Positions 29,489-38,552 of a DNA stretch of 64,000 nt are shown piece after piece (position 1 is the stretch's first letter; every line of letters starts with the position of its first letter). Position numbers and translations under genes: made by a program. The DNA is from an uncultured Actinomycetes bacterium (GTDB taxonomy: Bacteria; Actinomycetota; UBA4738; HRBIN12): the NCBI GenBank assembly GCA_963704725.1, contig OY969934.1, positions 1,184,001-1,248,000 of the forward strand, read 5' to 3'. The notes below the pieces were generated by a model, which was given only the letters and a program-made list of their open reading frames with translations, did no database searches and had not been told where the DNA came from.

Positions 29489-30721
29489 TCAGGCGCCGGT
29501 CACTCCGAGGGCGGTCATGGCAACGAGGAACGCCGCGACGCCGGCCAGATCCATCACGCTCGTGATGATCGGGACGCCCGCGTTGTCGGGATCCAGGCCG
29601 AAGCGCGACGTGAGGATGGCGACCTCGTAGCTGAGGGCGAGCGTGAGGGGGACCGTCACCGCTCCCGCGAGCAGCGTCCCGCCGATCATGGTTCCGGCTC
29701 CCGGATGGGGAAGGTGCGTCGTCACGGCCAGCGCGAGCGCGACAACGCCGATGATCGTGAAGACGGCCAGGCCGAGCACCGCGACGAGGGACGCGTCGAC
29801 GAGCGCCGGCGCCTCCGGCCATCCGGTCGGACGGATCAGGCCGAGATGCAGCTTCGACGCGATCCGGGAGGAGAAGATCCCGCCGAGCGCGCCGGCCTGG
29901 GACACGAGCGGCGGGATCACCAGCAGCAGGGCGGGGAAGGCCAGGAGCCGCGCCTCGTGCCCCTGCAGGAGTCCGCCGGCGAGGACGTCGAGGATCGGGG
30001 TGAGCAGGATCACCGGGGTCATCTCCAGCACGATCCTTCGCACGCCGGGGATCGGGGAGGTGTACGAGCGGAACGCCGCGACCAGGGCGGCCGCGACACA
30101 GATCGCCGAGACGACCGCGTTCGCCACATGGGACTCGAGCAGCAGGGACGCCAGGAACAGGGTCGGCAGCGTGGCCATGTCGCCGAGCGCCGTCACCATC
30201 GGCGTCGAGACCGAGTCCAGGTCCCACCCCCTGCGGAACGACAGCGTCGACAAGCCGATCGTGACGAGCAGGATCAGGACGGACCCGAGCACGCCGCCGA
30301 CGACGGAGATCGTCACGAGGCTCCAGATCGAGATCGACGGGTGACCGAACGCGGCGCCGGCCACCTTGGCCAGCGCGGCGAGCCACAGCGAGGACGAGAA
30401 GGTCGTGACGATCGCCACCTCGACGTTGCGGTACAGGAGGCCGTCGCGATCGAGGGTCGACTCGAACGTGCCCGCCGCGGTCGCGGTGCCGAGGCGCGCG
30501 CCGATCGCACCGAAGATCGTGCCGCGCATGCCGACGGCGGCCGGGATCAGGACCAAGAGGCCGGGGAGGCTGTCGAGGCGGCCCGTGAGGTGCGCGAGGG
30601 TCAGCCCGGCGACGAAGCCGGCGACCGTGCTGAGGATGAGCGCGACCAGTCCCTGGCGGAGCGTGCGTCGCTCGGCACGGAAGGATGCCAGGAGGCGGCG
30701 AGGACGGCGGCGGAAGGCCAT
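29489..30721 (-). CDS. MgtE/SLC41-like divalent cation transporter, paralogue B
   Basis: PAAVGMRGTIFGAIGARL..GWDLDSVSTPMVTALGD and GLDPDNAGVPIITSVMD; collinear with paralogue A. Confidence 0.82.
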   Translation of the reverse strand: MAFRRRPRRLLASFRAERRTLRQGLVALILSTVAGFVAGLTLAHLTGRLDSLPGLLVLIPAAVGMRGTIFGAIGARLGTATAAGTFESTLDRDGLLYRNVEVAIVTTFSSSLWLAALAKVAGAAFGHPSISIWSLVTISVVGGVLGSVLILLVTIGLSTLSFRRGWDLDSVSTPMVTALGDMATLPTLFLASLLLESHVANAVVSAICVAAALVAAFRSYTSPIPGVRRIVLEMTPVILLTPILDVLAGGLLQGHEARLLAFPALLLVIPPLVSQAGALGGIFSSRIASKLHLGLIRPTGWPEAPALVDASLVAVLGLAVFTIIGVVALALAVTTHLPHPGAGTMIGGTLLAGAVTVPLTLALSYEVAILTSRFGLDPDNAGVPIITSVMDLAGVAAFLVAMTALGVTGA

Positions 30722-30813
30722 AACGGCTCGCTCATCGGATCGACCTCTTTCGCTCCACGGGGACCGGGCCGAAGCCCGGGGCAGTATCCGTCCGCGGGAG
30801 CTTGCGCCACAAC

Positions 30814-31749
30814 CTAGGGGGGTTGCGTCTCCTCGACCCAGTCGCGGGTGATGAACAGCCAGAACGCGAGGCCCGCGTAGGCCCCGTAGCGGCGGAACCG
30901 CCGTTCCATGGCGGCGTCGGTCACGGTCTTGCGGCCCACGGTCTTCGCGTACGTCGGCCGCGTCCACGAGTCCAGGATCAGCCGGTGGTAGCGGCCGAGC
31001 GTCATCATGATGTGCGCCGCGGCGTACGGGCCGACCCCCGGCAGGGCGAGCAGCCGCTCCTCGAGCTCGTGGTCCGGCAGCTCCCCGGTGCCGGCGCGCC
31101 CGAACCACTCGAGATCGACGTCGCCATCTGCCACCGAGCGCGCCAGCGAGAGCAGGTACGCCCTGCGATAGCCGGCTCGCGCGACGTCGCGGTAGAACGC
31201 CTCCCCGGCCTCGGCCATCGCGGCGGGGGTGGGGAACGCCCGGCCCCACGGCTCGTCGCCGGGGGCACCGGGGGCCGGCTCGCCAAGGTGCTGGACGATC
31301 GCGAACACCATGCGGCGCGTGGCGGACCACGCGCAGTTCGTGGTGCAGATCGTCTTCACAACGTCCTCGAACACGCTGGGGCTCCGGATCATCCGCCCGG
31401 CGCCCGTCGTGACCCAGGCGAGCGCGGGGTCGGACGCCGCCGCCGCGTAGAAGGGGGAGAGGTCGGCGTCCAGGCGCAGGACGTGGCGGAGGGTGGCGAC
31501 CAGATCGTCGGCCACGGCGTCCGACGGCCGGGCGCCGAGCACCGTCATCGTGGCCCGACCGTCCCGGCCGGGCTCCACCCGGACGCGGCGGGGCCGGCCC
31601 CGCCGGGGTCGAAGCGTGAGCTCCATCGCCCGGTAGTCGGGATCGGGCCGCATCGGCGGGAGGTCGACGAACCCGTGCGAGTTCAGCGTCCGGGTCAGGT
31701 CGACGGGCTCGCCGCCGGCACCGACCAACGTGAGCTCACGCGTCGACAT
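30814..31749 (-). CDS. HhH-GPD superfamily DNA glycosylase (AlkA/OGG-like)
   Basis: SVFEDVVKTICTTN, AFPTP, GYRRAYL, HhH motif LLALPGVGPYAA, ILDSW. Confidence 0.85.
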   Translation of the reverse strand: MSTRELTLVGAGGEPVDLTRTLNSHGFVDLPPMRPDPDYRAMELTLRPRRGRPRRVRVEPGRDGRATMTVLGARPSDAVADDLVATLRHVLRLDADLSPFYAAAASDPALAWVTTGAGRMIRSPSVFEDVVKTICTTNCAWSATRRMVFAIVQHLGEPAPGAPGDEPWGRAFPTPAAMAEAGEAFYRDVARAGYRRAYLLSLARSVADGDVDLEWFGRAGTGELPDHELEERLLALPGVGPYAAAHIMMTLGRYHRLILDSWTRPTYAKTVGRKTVTDAAMERRFRRYGAYAGLAFWLFITRDWVEETQPP

Positions 31750-32317
31750 CGACCTGGTGGCGCTCGCGCCACGCCCGGACCTTGGCCCGGTTGCCGCACG
31801 CCGACATGGAGCACCACCGTCCGGAGTGGTTCTTCGACCGGTCGTAGAAGACCGAGGCGCAGCCGTCGTAGGCGCACTCCTTCAGGTGCTCCCACGATCC
31901 ATCCAGCTCCGCGAGGAACGCGATCGCCACCAGCCGTCCGAGCGCCCCGTCGACCCCCTTCGCGCTCGGGGCCAGGACGGGGCCCTCGCGCTCGAAGCGG
32001 GGGTGGAGACCCGCCCGGCGGGCGACACCGTCGATCGCAGCCAGGTCGTCGTCGGTCATGGGCTCGCCCTGGTTCGCCCGGACCATGGCGTGGAGGGCAC
32101 GGACGAGCTCGAGCGCGGTCTCCCGGTCGGGGTCGGAGAGCGGGGAGGCCCCGGGCATCAAGCCCCGCTCGTGCAGGAACCAGCCGAGCATCTCGCCGGA
32201 CGGCGGGAGCTGCCCCTCGATCCCCTGGACGTGCTCGTGCAGGTTCGCGAAGCGCTGGATCAGCTCCAGATCCCCCGGCGCCGGGGGTGTTGTCTCGTGC
32301 GCGGCGATGTCGAACAT
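31736..32317 (-). CDS. ABATE/CGNR zinc finger protein
   Basis: LKECAYDGC..FYDRSKNHSGRWCSMSACGNRAKVRAWR. Confidence 0.92.
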   Translation of the reverse strand: MFDIAAHETTPPAPGDLELIQRFANLHEHVQGIEGQLPPSGEMLGWFLHERGLMPGASPLSDPDRETALELVRALHAMVRANQGEPMTDDDLAAIDGVARRAGLHPRFEREGPVLAPSAKGVDGALGRLVAIAFLAELDGSWEHLKECAYDGCASVFYDRSKNHSGRWCSMSACGNRAKVRAWRERHQVDVDA

Positions 32318-32422
32318 GGCGAGGGCAGTGTACACCGACGAAACGGCTTGACGGGTTACCTGACGGGACCCAGGGAGCGCGCGGGTCTCTCGCGGTCGTC
32401 CCCGTCGGTACCATCGGGAGCC

Positions 32423-32704
32423 GTGATCGAGTTCACGCCGTGGGCCACCGAGATCCTGGGTCGCACCTTCTCCGCGGCCCGGCGCTTCAACCCTGACGTT
32501 GCCGTGCGACTGCACCGGGACGGGAGCGGGGTGGCGTTCGCGCTGACGGACGAGGCGCACGAGGGCGACCGGCTGGTGCACGGGGAGGGGTTCGAGCTCT
32601 GGGTCGAGGACGGCCTCGAGGGCACGGTCGACGTCGTCGAGCCGCACGACCAGCTCATCCTGCGCGCGCCGGGCGACCCCGAGCGCAGCGTCCACTCGCA
32701 CTGA
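32423..32704 (+). CDS. Small hypothetical protein, HesB/IscA-like fold without cysteines
   Basis: VIEFTPWA..VAVRL..FALTDEAHEGDRLV..FELWVE pattern; TACCAT -10-like element upstream. Confidence 0.5.
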   Translation: MIEFTPWATEILGRTFSAARRFNPDVAVRLHRDGSGVAFALTDEAHEGDRLVHGEGFELWVEDGLEGTVDVVEPHDQLILRAPGDPERSVHSH

Positions 32705-32757
32705 CCCGTCGTCGTCGGATCGACCCGGCGGCTCGCCGTTCTACACTTCCGCGCATC

Positions 32758-33624
32758 GTGATCTCCGGCGACGCTCCCGGCGACCGTCTCCGCCCCCTCG
32801 GCGGCGGGGGCGCGGTCATGCTCATCGGGGGAGCGGAGGACAAGCTCCGCGAACGCGTCATCCTCACGCGCTTCGCCGAGGCGGCCGGTGGCGCCGAGGG
32901 ACGCGTCGTCGTGATCTCGACCGCGTCGTCGCTGGGCGAGGTGGCCACGGAGCGCTACCGGACCCTCTTCTCGGCGCTCGGGATCGCCGACGTCGAGGGG
33001 ATCCGCCCGGAGGGGCGGGCCGAGGCCGACGACCCCGCCACGGCGAAGGCGCTCGCCGCGGCGACGGGCGTCTTCCTCACCGGCGGCAACCAGCTGCGGC
33101 TGTCCTCCGTGGTGGCGGGGACCAGGCTGGCCGACGCGATCCACCGCGCGCGGGACCGCGGCGCCGTTATCGCCGGCACCTCGGCGGGGGCCAGCGCCAT
33201 GGCCGCCCACATGATGGCGTTCGGACGGCCCGGCGAGAGCCCCCGGAACCGGATGGCGCAGATGGCGGCCGGCCTGGGCCTGCTCTCGGGCGTGGTGATC
33301 GACCAGCACTTCGCCGAGCGGGGGCGGTTCGGCCGCCTCCTGTCGGTGGTGGCCTACTCCCCGTCCCTCGTCGGCATCGGCCTGGACGAGGACACCTGCG
33401 CGATCGTGCACGGCGACCGGACGCTCGAGGTGATCGGGCGGGGCTCGGTCACCGTCGTCGACGGCTCGGGGGTCGTCACGGACGCACACCAGGCGAAGGG
33501 CCACCGGCCGTTCCTGGTCTCGGGCGTGGTGGTCCACTCGCTCCCGGCGGGGACGTGGTTCGACCTGCGGGCCCGCAGGCTCGTGGCCGGCGAGCCGGGG
33601 ATGGAGCGGGAGGCGTCCGAGTGA
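32758..33624 (+). CDS. cphB: Cyanophycinase
   Basis: IGGAEDK, FLTGGNQLRL, nucleophile GTSAGA, IDQHFAERGRFGRL, GLDEDT; overlaps the cphA start. Confidence 0.93.
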   Translation: MISGDAPGDRLRPLGGGGAVMLIGGAEDKLRERVILTRFAEAAGGAEGRVVVISTASSLGEVATERYRTLFSALGIADVEGIRPEGRAEADDPATAKALAAATGVFLTGGNQLRLSSVVAGTRLADAIHRARDRGAVIAGTSAGASAMAAHMMAFGRPGESPRNRMAQMAAGLGLLSGVVIDQHFAERGRFGRLLSVVAYSPSLVGIGLDEDTCAIVHGDRTLEVIGRGSVTVVDGSGVVTDAHQAKGHRPFLVSGVVVHSLPAGTWFDLRARRLVAGEPGMEREASE

Positions 33625-36479
33625 CGGGCGGCCGGACCGGCTCGAAGGCCGAGCGCCGGCGCGCCAAGGGTGAGCCGGCGCAGAAGAAGCCGCCGCGGCG
33701 TCCCGACCTGACGATCGTCGAGACCCAGGTCTTCCGGGGGCCCAACTACTGGAGCTACGACCCGTGCATCCGGCTGCTCGTCGACCTCGGCTCGCTCGAG
33801 GCGTGGCCGTCGAACACGATCCCCGGCTTCGCCGAGGGTCTGCTCGAGCTCCTGCCCGGTGTGGGCGAGCACTCGTGCTCGCTCGGCCGCAAGGGCGGGT
33901 TCCGCGAGCGCCTCGTCGAGGGCACCTGGGTGGGCCACGTCGCCGAGCACATCGCGATCGAGCTCCAGCGCGAGTCGGGCGCCCACGTCTACCGGGGCAA
34001 GACTCGGGGCGCGGGCGAGCCGGGCCGCTACCACGTGATCTTCGGCTACTGGGAGGAGCGGGTCGGGCTCGAGGCGGGCCGGCTCGCCGTCCGGCTGGTG
34101 AACCACCTCGTGCGAGCCGAGGACGGGTTCGACTTCCCCGCCGAGCTCGAGCGGCTCATCCTGCTCGCCGAGCGGCGGGCGTTCGGGCCGTCCACCCAGG
34201 CCATCCTGGACGAGGCCGCGAGCCGCGACATCCCGTTCATCCGGCTCAACGAGTACTCGCTCGTGCAGCTCGGCTGGGGCAGGTTCCAGCAGCGGATCCG
34301 CGCCACGATGACGTCGAAGACGTCCTCGCTCGCGGTGGACATCGCCGGCGACAAGGACATGACGCGCCGGCTGCTCGCGTCGGCCGGGCTCCCCGTCCCC
34401 CGCGGGGAGATCGTCCTGACCGAGGACGCCGCCGTCGAGGCGGCCCGGCGGATCGGCTTCCCCGTGGTGACCAAGCCGCTCGACGGCAACCACGGGCGGG
34501 GCGTCGGGCTCGACCTGCGCATCGAGCGCGACGTGCGGCGGGGGTTCAAGCGCGCCCTCGAGCAGGCCCGGCGAGGCGACGTGGTCGTCGAGTCCTTCGT
34601 CACCGGCAACGACTACCGGGTGCTCGTGGTCGGGGGTCGCATGGTCGCCGTGGCCCAGCGCCTCCCGGCCCACGTGGTCGGCGACGGCGCGCACACGGTG
34701 GCCGAGCTCGTCGAGATCGCCAACCAGGACCCGCGGCGTGGCGTGGGGCACGAGAAGGTCCTGACGAGGATCAAGGTCGACGACGAGGCCGTCGCGCTGG
34801 TGAAGAAGCAGGGGTTCGCCGTGGACGACGTCCCGCCGGCGGACGCGTTCGTCAAGCTCGCCGCGACGGGCAACATGTCGACCGGCGGGATCTCGATCGA
34901 CCGCACGTGGGACGCGCACGAGGAGAACGTGGAGATCGCGGAGGAGGCGGCGCGGGTCGTCGGTCTCGACGTGGCCGGGATCGACTTCCTCACCCCGGAC
35001 ATCACGCAGCCGGTCCGCGAGACCGGCGGCGCGATCGTCGAGGTGAACGCCGCGCCCGGGTTCCGGATGCACACGCATCCCACGGAGGGCGAACCGCAGT
35101 ACGTGGCCAAGGAGGTCGTCGACCTCCTGTTCCCGCCTGGCACGCCCGCCCGGATCCCGATCGTCGCGGTGACCGGCTCGAACGGCAAGACGACGACCGT
35201 GCGGATGATCGCGCACATCTTCAAGGGGATGGGGCGGTCGGTGGGCTTCACGACCACGGACGGCGTCTACATCGACGAGCGCCTGGTGAAGCGCTCCGAC
35301 GCCAGCGGGCCGAAGTCCGCCCAGATGGTGCTGCAGAACCCGCGGGTCGACTTCGCGGTGTTCGAGACGGCTCGCGGCGGCATCCTTCGCGAGGGCCTGG
35401 GCTACGGCAAGAACGACGTCGCGGTGGTCCTCAACGTCACCGGCGACCACCTCGGGCTGAAGGGGATCGACACCCTGGAGCAGCTCGCCGCGGTGAAGCA
35501 GGTCATCGTGGAGGCCGTCCCCAAGACCGGGTGGGCGGTGCTGAACGCGGACGACCCGCTCGTGGTCGACATGCGCAAGGCGTGCAGCGGGAGCGTGATC
35601 CTGTTCTCGATGCAGGAGCGGCACGAGCTCATCGACCGGTGGGTGCGGCGCGGCCGCAAGGCCGTCGTGCTCGAGAAGGGACCGCTCGGCGAGATGATGG
35701 TGATGAAGGAGGGCCGGCGCACGACGCCGATCGCGTGGGTCCACACCCTCCCTGCGACCTTCGAGGGCCGGGCGCGGATGATGGTGCAGAACGCGATGGC
35801 CGCGGCCGCGGCGGCCCATGCCGCAGGTGCCCATCTCCACGACATCCGCCAGGGCCTGCGATCCTTCGCCACCTCGATCTACCAGGCGCCCGGCCGCCTG
35901 AACGTGTTCGATCTCGACGGCGTGAAGGTGGTCATCGACTACGCGCACAACCCGGCGGGGCTGGAGACGCTCGGCGACTTCGTGGAACGCTTGACCCAGG
36001 AGGCCCCGCAGGGTGCCCACCGCGGCGGCGGGTCGTGGACCGCCAACCTCCGCGTCGCGGTGGTCGCGACCGCGGGGGACCGACGGGACGAGGACATGCG
36101 GGAGCTCGGGCGCGTCGCGGCGCGCCACTTCGACGACGTGATCATCCGGGAGGACCGCAATCCCAGGGGCCGGCCCCGCGGGGAGACGGCGGCGCTCATC
36201 GAGGAGGGCGTTCGCGAAGCGGTGGCCGGCGGCGCCCGCGCCGGCAACGTCGAGGTCGTCCTGGACGAGATGGAGGCGACGCGGCGGGCCATCGACCGGT
36301 CCCGGCCCGGCGACCTCGTGGTGCTCTGCGTGGACTACGCCACCGAGGTCTTCCAGGAGCTGGAGCGGCGGCGACGGCTCGCCGCCCCCACGGTGATGCG
36401 CGCCGACGGCGACGGCCGGTGGGAGTCCGCCGGGGGCGATCCGGACCTGCTCGAGGTCGCCGACGAGCCCGGCCCGTGA
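33621..36479 (+). CDS. cphA: Cyanophycin synthetase CphA1 (N, ATP-grasp and Mur-ligase domains)
   Basis: GPNYW, C-x19-HxxEH primer-hydrolase motif, FGPSTQAI, KPLDGNHGRG, EVNAAPGFRMH, VTGSNGKTT, ETARGG, PGRLN, DYAHN, GDRRD. Confidence 0.96.
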   Translation: MTGGRTGSKAERRRAKGEPAQKKPPRRPDLTIVETQVFRGPNYWSYDPCIRLLVDLGSLEAWPSNTIPGFAEGLLELLPGVGEHSCSLGRKGGFRERLVEGTWVGHVAEHIAIELQRESGAHVYRGKTRGAGEPGRYHVIFGYWEERVGLEAGRLAVRLVNHLVRAEDGFDFPAELERLILLAERRAFGPSTQAILDEAASRDIPFIRLNEYSLVQLGWGRFQQRIRATMTSKTSSLAVDIAGDKDMTRRLLASAGLPVPRGEIVLTEDAAVEAARRIGFPVVTKPLDGNHGRGVGLDLRIERDVRRGFKRALEQARRGDVVVESFVTGNDYRVLVVGGRMVAVAQRLPAHVVGDGAHTVAELVEIANQDPRRGVGHEKVLTRIKVDDEAVALVKKQGFAVDDVPPADAFVKLAATGNMSTGGISIDRTWDAHEENVEIAEEAARVVGLDVAGIDFLTPDITQPVRETGGAIVEVNAAPGFRMHTHPTEGEPQYVAKEVVDLLFPPGTPARIPIVAVTGSNGKTTTVRMIAHIFKGMGRSVGFTTTDGVYIDERLVKRSDASGPKSAQMVLQNPRVDFAVFETARGGILREGLGYGKNDVAVVLNVTGDHLGLKGIDTLEQLAAVKQVIVEAVPKTGWAVLNADDPLVVDMRKACSGSVILFSMQERHELIDRWVRRGRKAVVLEKGPLGEMMVMKEGRRTTPIAWVHTLPATFEGRARMMVQNAMAAAAAAHAAGAHLHDIRQGLRSFATSIYQAPGRLNVFDLDGVKVVIDYAHNPAGLETLGDFVERLTQEAPQGAHRGGGSWTANLRVAVVATAGDRRDEDMRELGRVAARHFDDVIIREDRNPRGRPRGETAALIEEGVREAVAGGARAGNVEVVLDEMEATRRAIDRSRPGDLVVLCVDYATEVFQELERRRRLAAPTVMRADGDGRWESAGGDPDLLEVADEPGP

Positions 36480-36820
36480 CGCCTCGGGACGAGGCGGGGA
36501 TCCGCTCGACCCTGGTCGACGAGCGCGACGGGCTCCGCGCGCAGCTCGGCGAGATCACGGCGGCGCCGCGCGATCCGATGGGGGCCGTCTCGTTCGGCAA
36601 GAGGGTGGGCGAGGGGACGACGCAGGCGGTCGAGCGCATCGCACAGGTCTCGGCGGCGAAGAACCTCGACGCGAAGCTCCGCGACGTCGAACGGGCGCTG
36701 GCCAAGCTCGACGAGGGCACCTACGGCGACTGCGACACGTGCGGCGGACGGATCGTGCCCGAGCGGCTCGAGGCGTTCCCCTGGGCGGTGCGGTGCATGG
36801 CCTGCGCGTCGGCGGGTTGA
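36476..36820 (+). CDS. TraR/DksA family C4 zinc finger protein
   Basis: ERALAKLDEGTYGDCDTCGGRIVPERLEAFPWAVRCMAC; GTGA overlap with the cphA stop. Confidence 0.88.
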   Translation: MTPRDEAGIRSTLVDERDGLRAQLGEITAAPRDPMGAVSFGKRVGEGTTQAVERIAQVSAAKNLDAKLRDVERALAKLDEGTYGDCDTCGGRIVPERLEAFPWAVRCMACASAG

Positions 36821-36823
36821 GCG

Positions 36824-38539
36824 CTACGGCTCGTGCGGTGCGGCGGCCCGCGAGGCGCGCACGGACGCGACGAGCCGCCGGACGCTCGCGGGCGACAGCG
36901 CCGAGGCGCCGGCCCGGTCGAGCCAGGCGAAGATCTGCGTGCGCATGCCGAGCGCGGTGACGGCCACCACGTCGCCCCGCCGCGAACGGCCCACCATCCC
37001 CCGGAGCGCCGACAGCTCGTCCCCGTAGACGTCCACGGCCTCCGCGCCCCCGTCGAACGCCCCGAGGCGCAGGCGCTCCACGATGTTGTGCCGGTCCCGC
37101 CCTCGCAGGTACCGCAGCAGCTCGGACACCACCACGTGGTCGGCGCCCCGCGCGGCGCGGTAGGCGAACGCGTGCAGGATCTCGTCCGACCGGTCGCCGG
37201 CCGTGCAGATGGCCATCCAGATCTCGCGGCCCGCGCGCCGCAAGCCGTCGCAGAGCTCGACGAGTCCGAGCATGCCGGCCTCGTTGTGCGCGTAGTCGAT
37301 CACGACCACGCGGCCGTCGAGCCCGAACAGGTTGGCTCGGCCGGGGTTGCGCTCCGGGTCGAGGACGAAGGAGCGGAGGCCGCGCACGACGGCGGCGCGG
37401 GGCAGGCCGATGCCGAGAGCCGCGGAAGCGGCCTGCATCGCGTTCATCACGTTCGTGCTCGAGACCCCGGCGATCGTGACCGGGACGTCGGCCATGGACA
37501 CCAGGGCGTCCGAGGACCGGCCGTCGAGCACGGTCATCCACCCGTCGAGCGGGACCGTGGCCCGGCCCCCCTCGCCGAGCGTCTCGCGCACGGCGGGGTG
37601 GTCGGGGTCGAGCGAGCACAGCCAGGGCCGGCCCGTGGCGCCGCGTCGCATGGCCAGGACGCGGGGATCGTCGGCGTTCAGCACCGCCCAGCCTCCGGGC
37701 CGGGTGATCTTCGTGACGGACGCCTTGACCTCGGCGAGCTGATCGAGCGTGTGGACGCCGAGGAGGTCGAGATGGTCGGCCGAGACGTTCGTCACCACGG
37801 CGACGTCGTTGTGGAGCACGCCGATCCCTCGAAGGAGGATGCCGCCGCGCGCGGTCTCGAGCACCGCCACGTCGGGGTGCTGATCCAGGGCCGTGCGGGC
37901 GCCGCCGAAGCCGGAGTAGTCGCCCTCCTCGACGAGCTCGCCGTCGCCGCGGAAGACCCCGTCGGTCGAGGAGTACGCGACGGTCCGCCGCGCCGACCGG
38001 ACGAGGTGCGCGAGCAGACGGACCGTGGTCGTCTTGCCGTTCGTACCGGTGACCGAGACGACCGGGATCGTGGGGTCGCCGACCGTGGGCTCCTCACCGG
38101 GTTCGGCGGCCCGGACGCCTCGCGCCGCCTCGGCCAGGGCTCGCTCGACCGATCGCCGGGCGTCGATCGTGGCCAGGAGCGCCGCGACCGCCCGCCCCGC
38201 CGCCTCGGCCGTGCCCCGCCGCCTCCACGGGAACGCCACCACCACCTGGTCGCGCTCGGGTCCCGGCCGGCTCCGGACCGCGAGCCGGACCTCGCTGGCC
38301 CGCGCCAGCCGAGTGGTGATCGTCGCCGCGAGCCGGGCGACGGCTCGACGGCGCTGGTCCGAGCCCGGCCGCCCCGGTCTGCCGTTCGCCCCGACGCGAT
38401 CCGAGATCGCGGCGAACCGGTTCTCGGGCATGGCCATCCACGGACCGACCGCGAGCGTGAGCTTGATCGCGGGCCGAGGGAAGTAGACGTTCGGGCCCTC
38501 GAGCACCCGCAGCTCCACCAGCTCCGCCCGCGCCGCCAC
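36824..38539 (-). CDS. CphA-related Mur-ligase protein lacking the ATP-grasp domain
   Basis: N-terminal LVELRVLEGPNVY resembles cphA IVETQVFRGPNYW; it joins directly to IPVVSVTGTNGKTT, ETARGGILLRG, DHL, NADDP, PGRAN, DYAHN and AGDR. Confidence 0.82.
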   Translation of the reverse strand: MAARAELVELRVLEGPNVYFPRPAIKLTLAVGPWMAMPENRFAAISDRVGANGRPGRPGSDQRRRAVARLAATITTRLARASEVRLAVRSRPGPERDQVVVAFPWRRRGTAEAAGRAVAALLATIDARRSVERALAEAARGVRAAEPGEEPTVGDPTIPVVSVTGTNGKTTTVRLLAHLVRSARRTVAYSSTDGVFRGDGELVEEGDYSGFGGARTALDQHPDVAVLETARGGILLRGIGVLHNDVAVVTNVSADHLDLLGVHTLDQLAEVKASVTKITRPGGWAVLNADDPRVLAMRRGATGRPWLCSLDPDHPAVRETLGEGGRATVPLDGWMTVLDGRSSDALVSMADVPVTIAGVSSTNVMNAMQAASAALGIGLPRAAVVRGLRSFVLDPERNPGRANLFGLDGRVVVIDYAHNEAGMLGLVELCDGLRRAGREIWMAICTAGDRSDEILHAFAYRAARGADHVVVSELLRYLRGRDRHNIVERLRLGAFDGGAEAVDVYGDELSALRGMVGRSRRGDVVAVTALGMRTQIFAWLDRAGASALSPASVRRLVASVRASRAAAPHEP

Positions 38540-38552
38540 GCGCGGAGGATAC

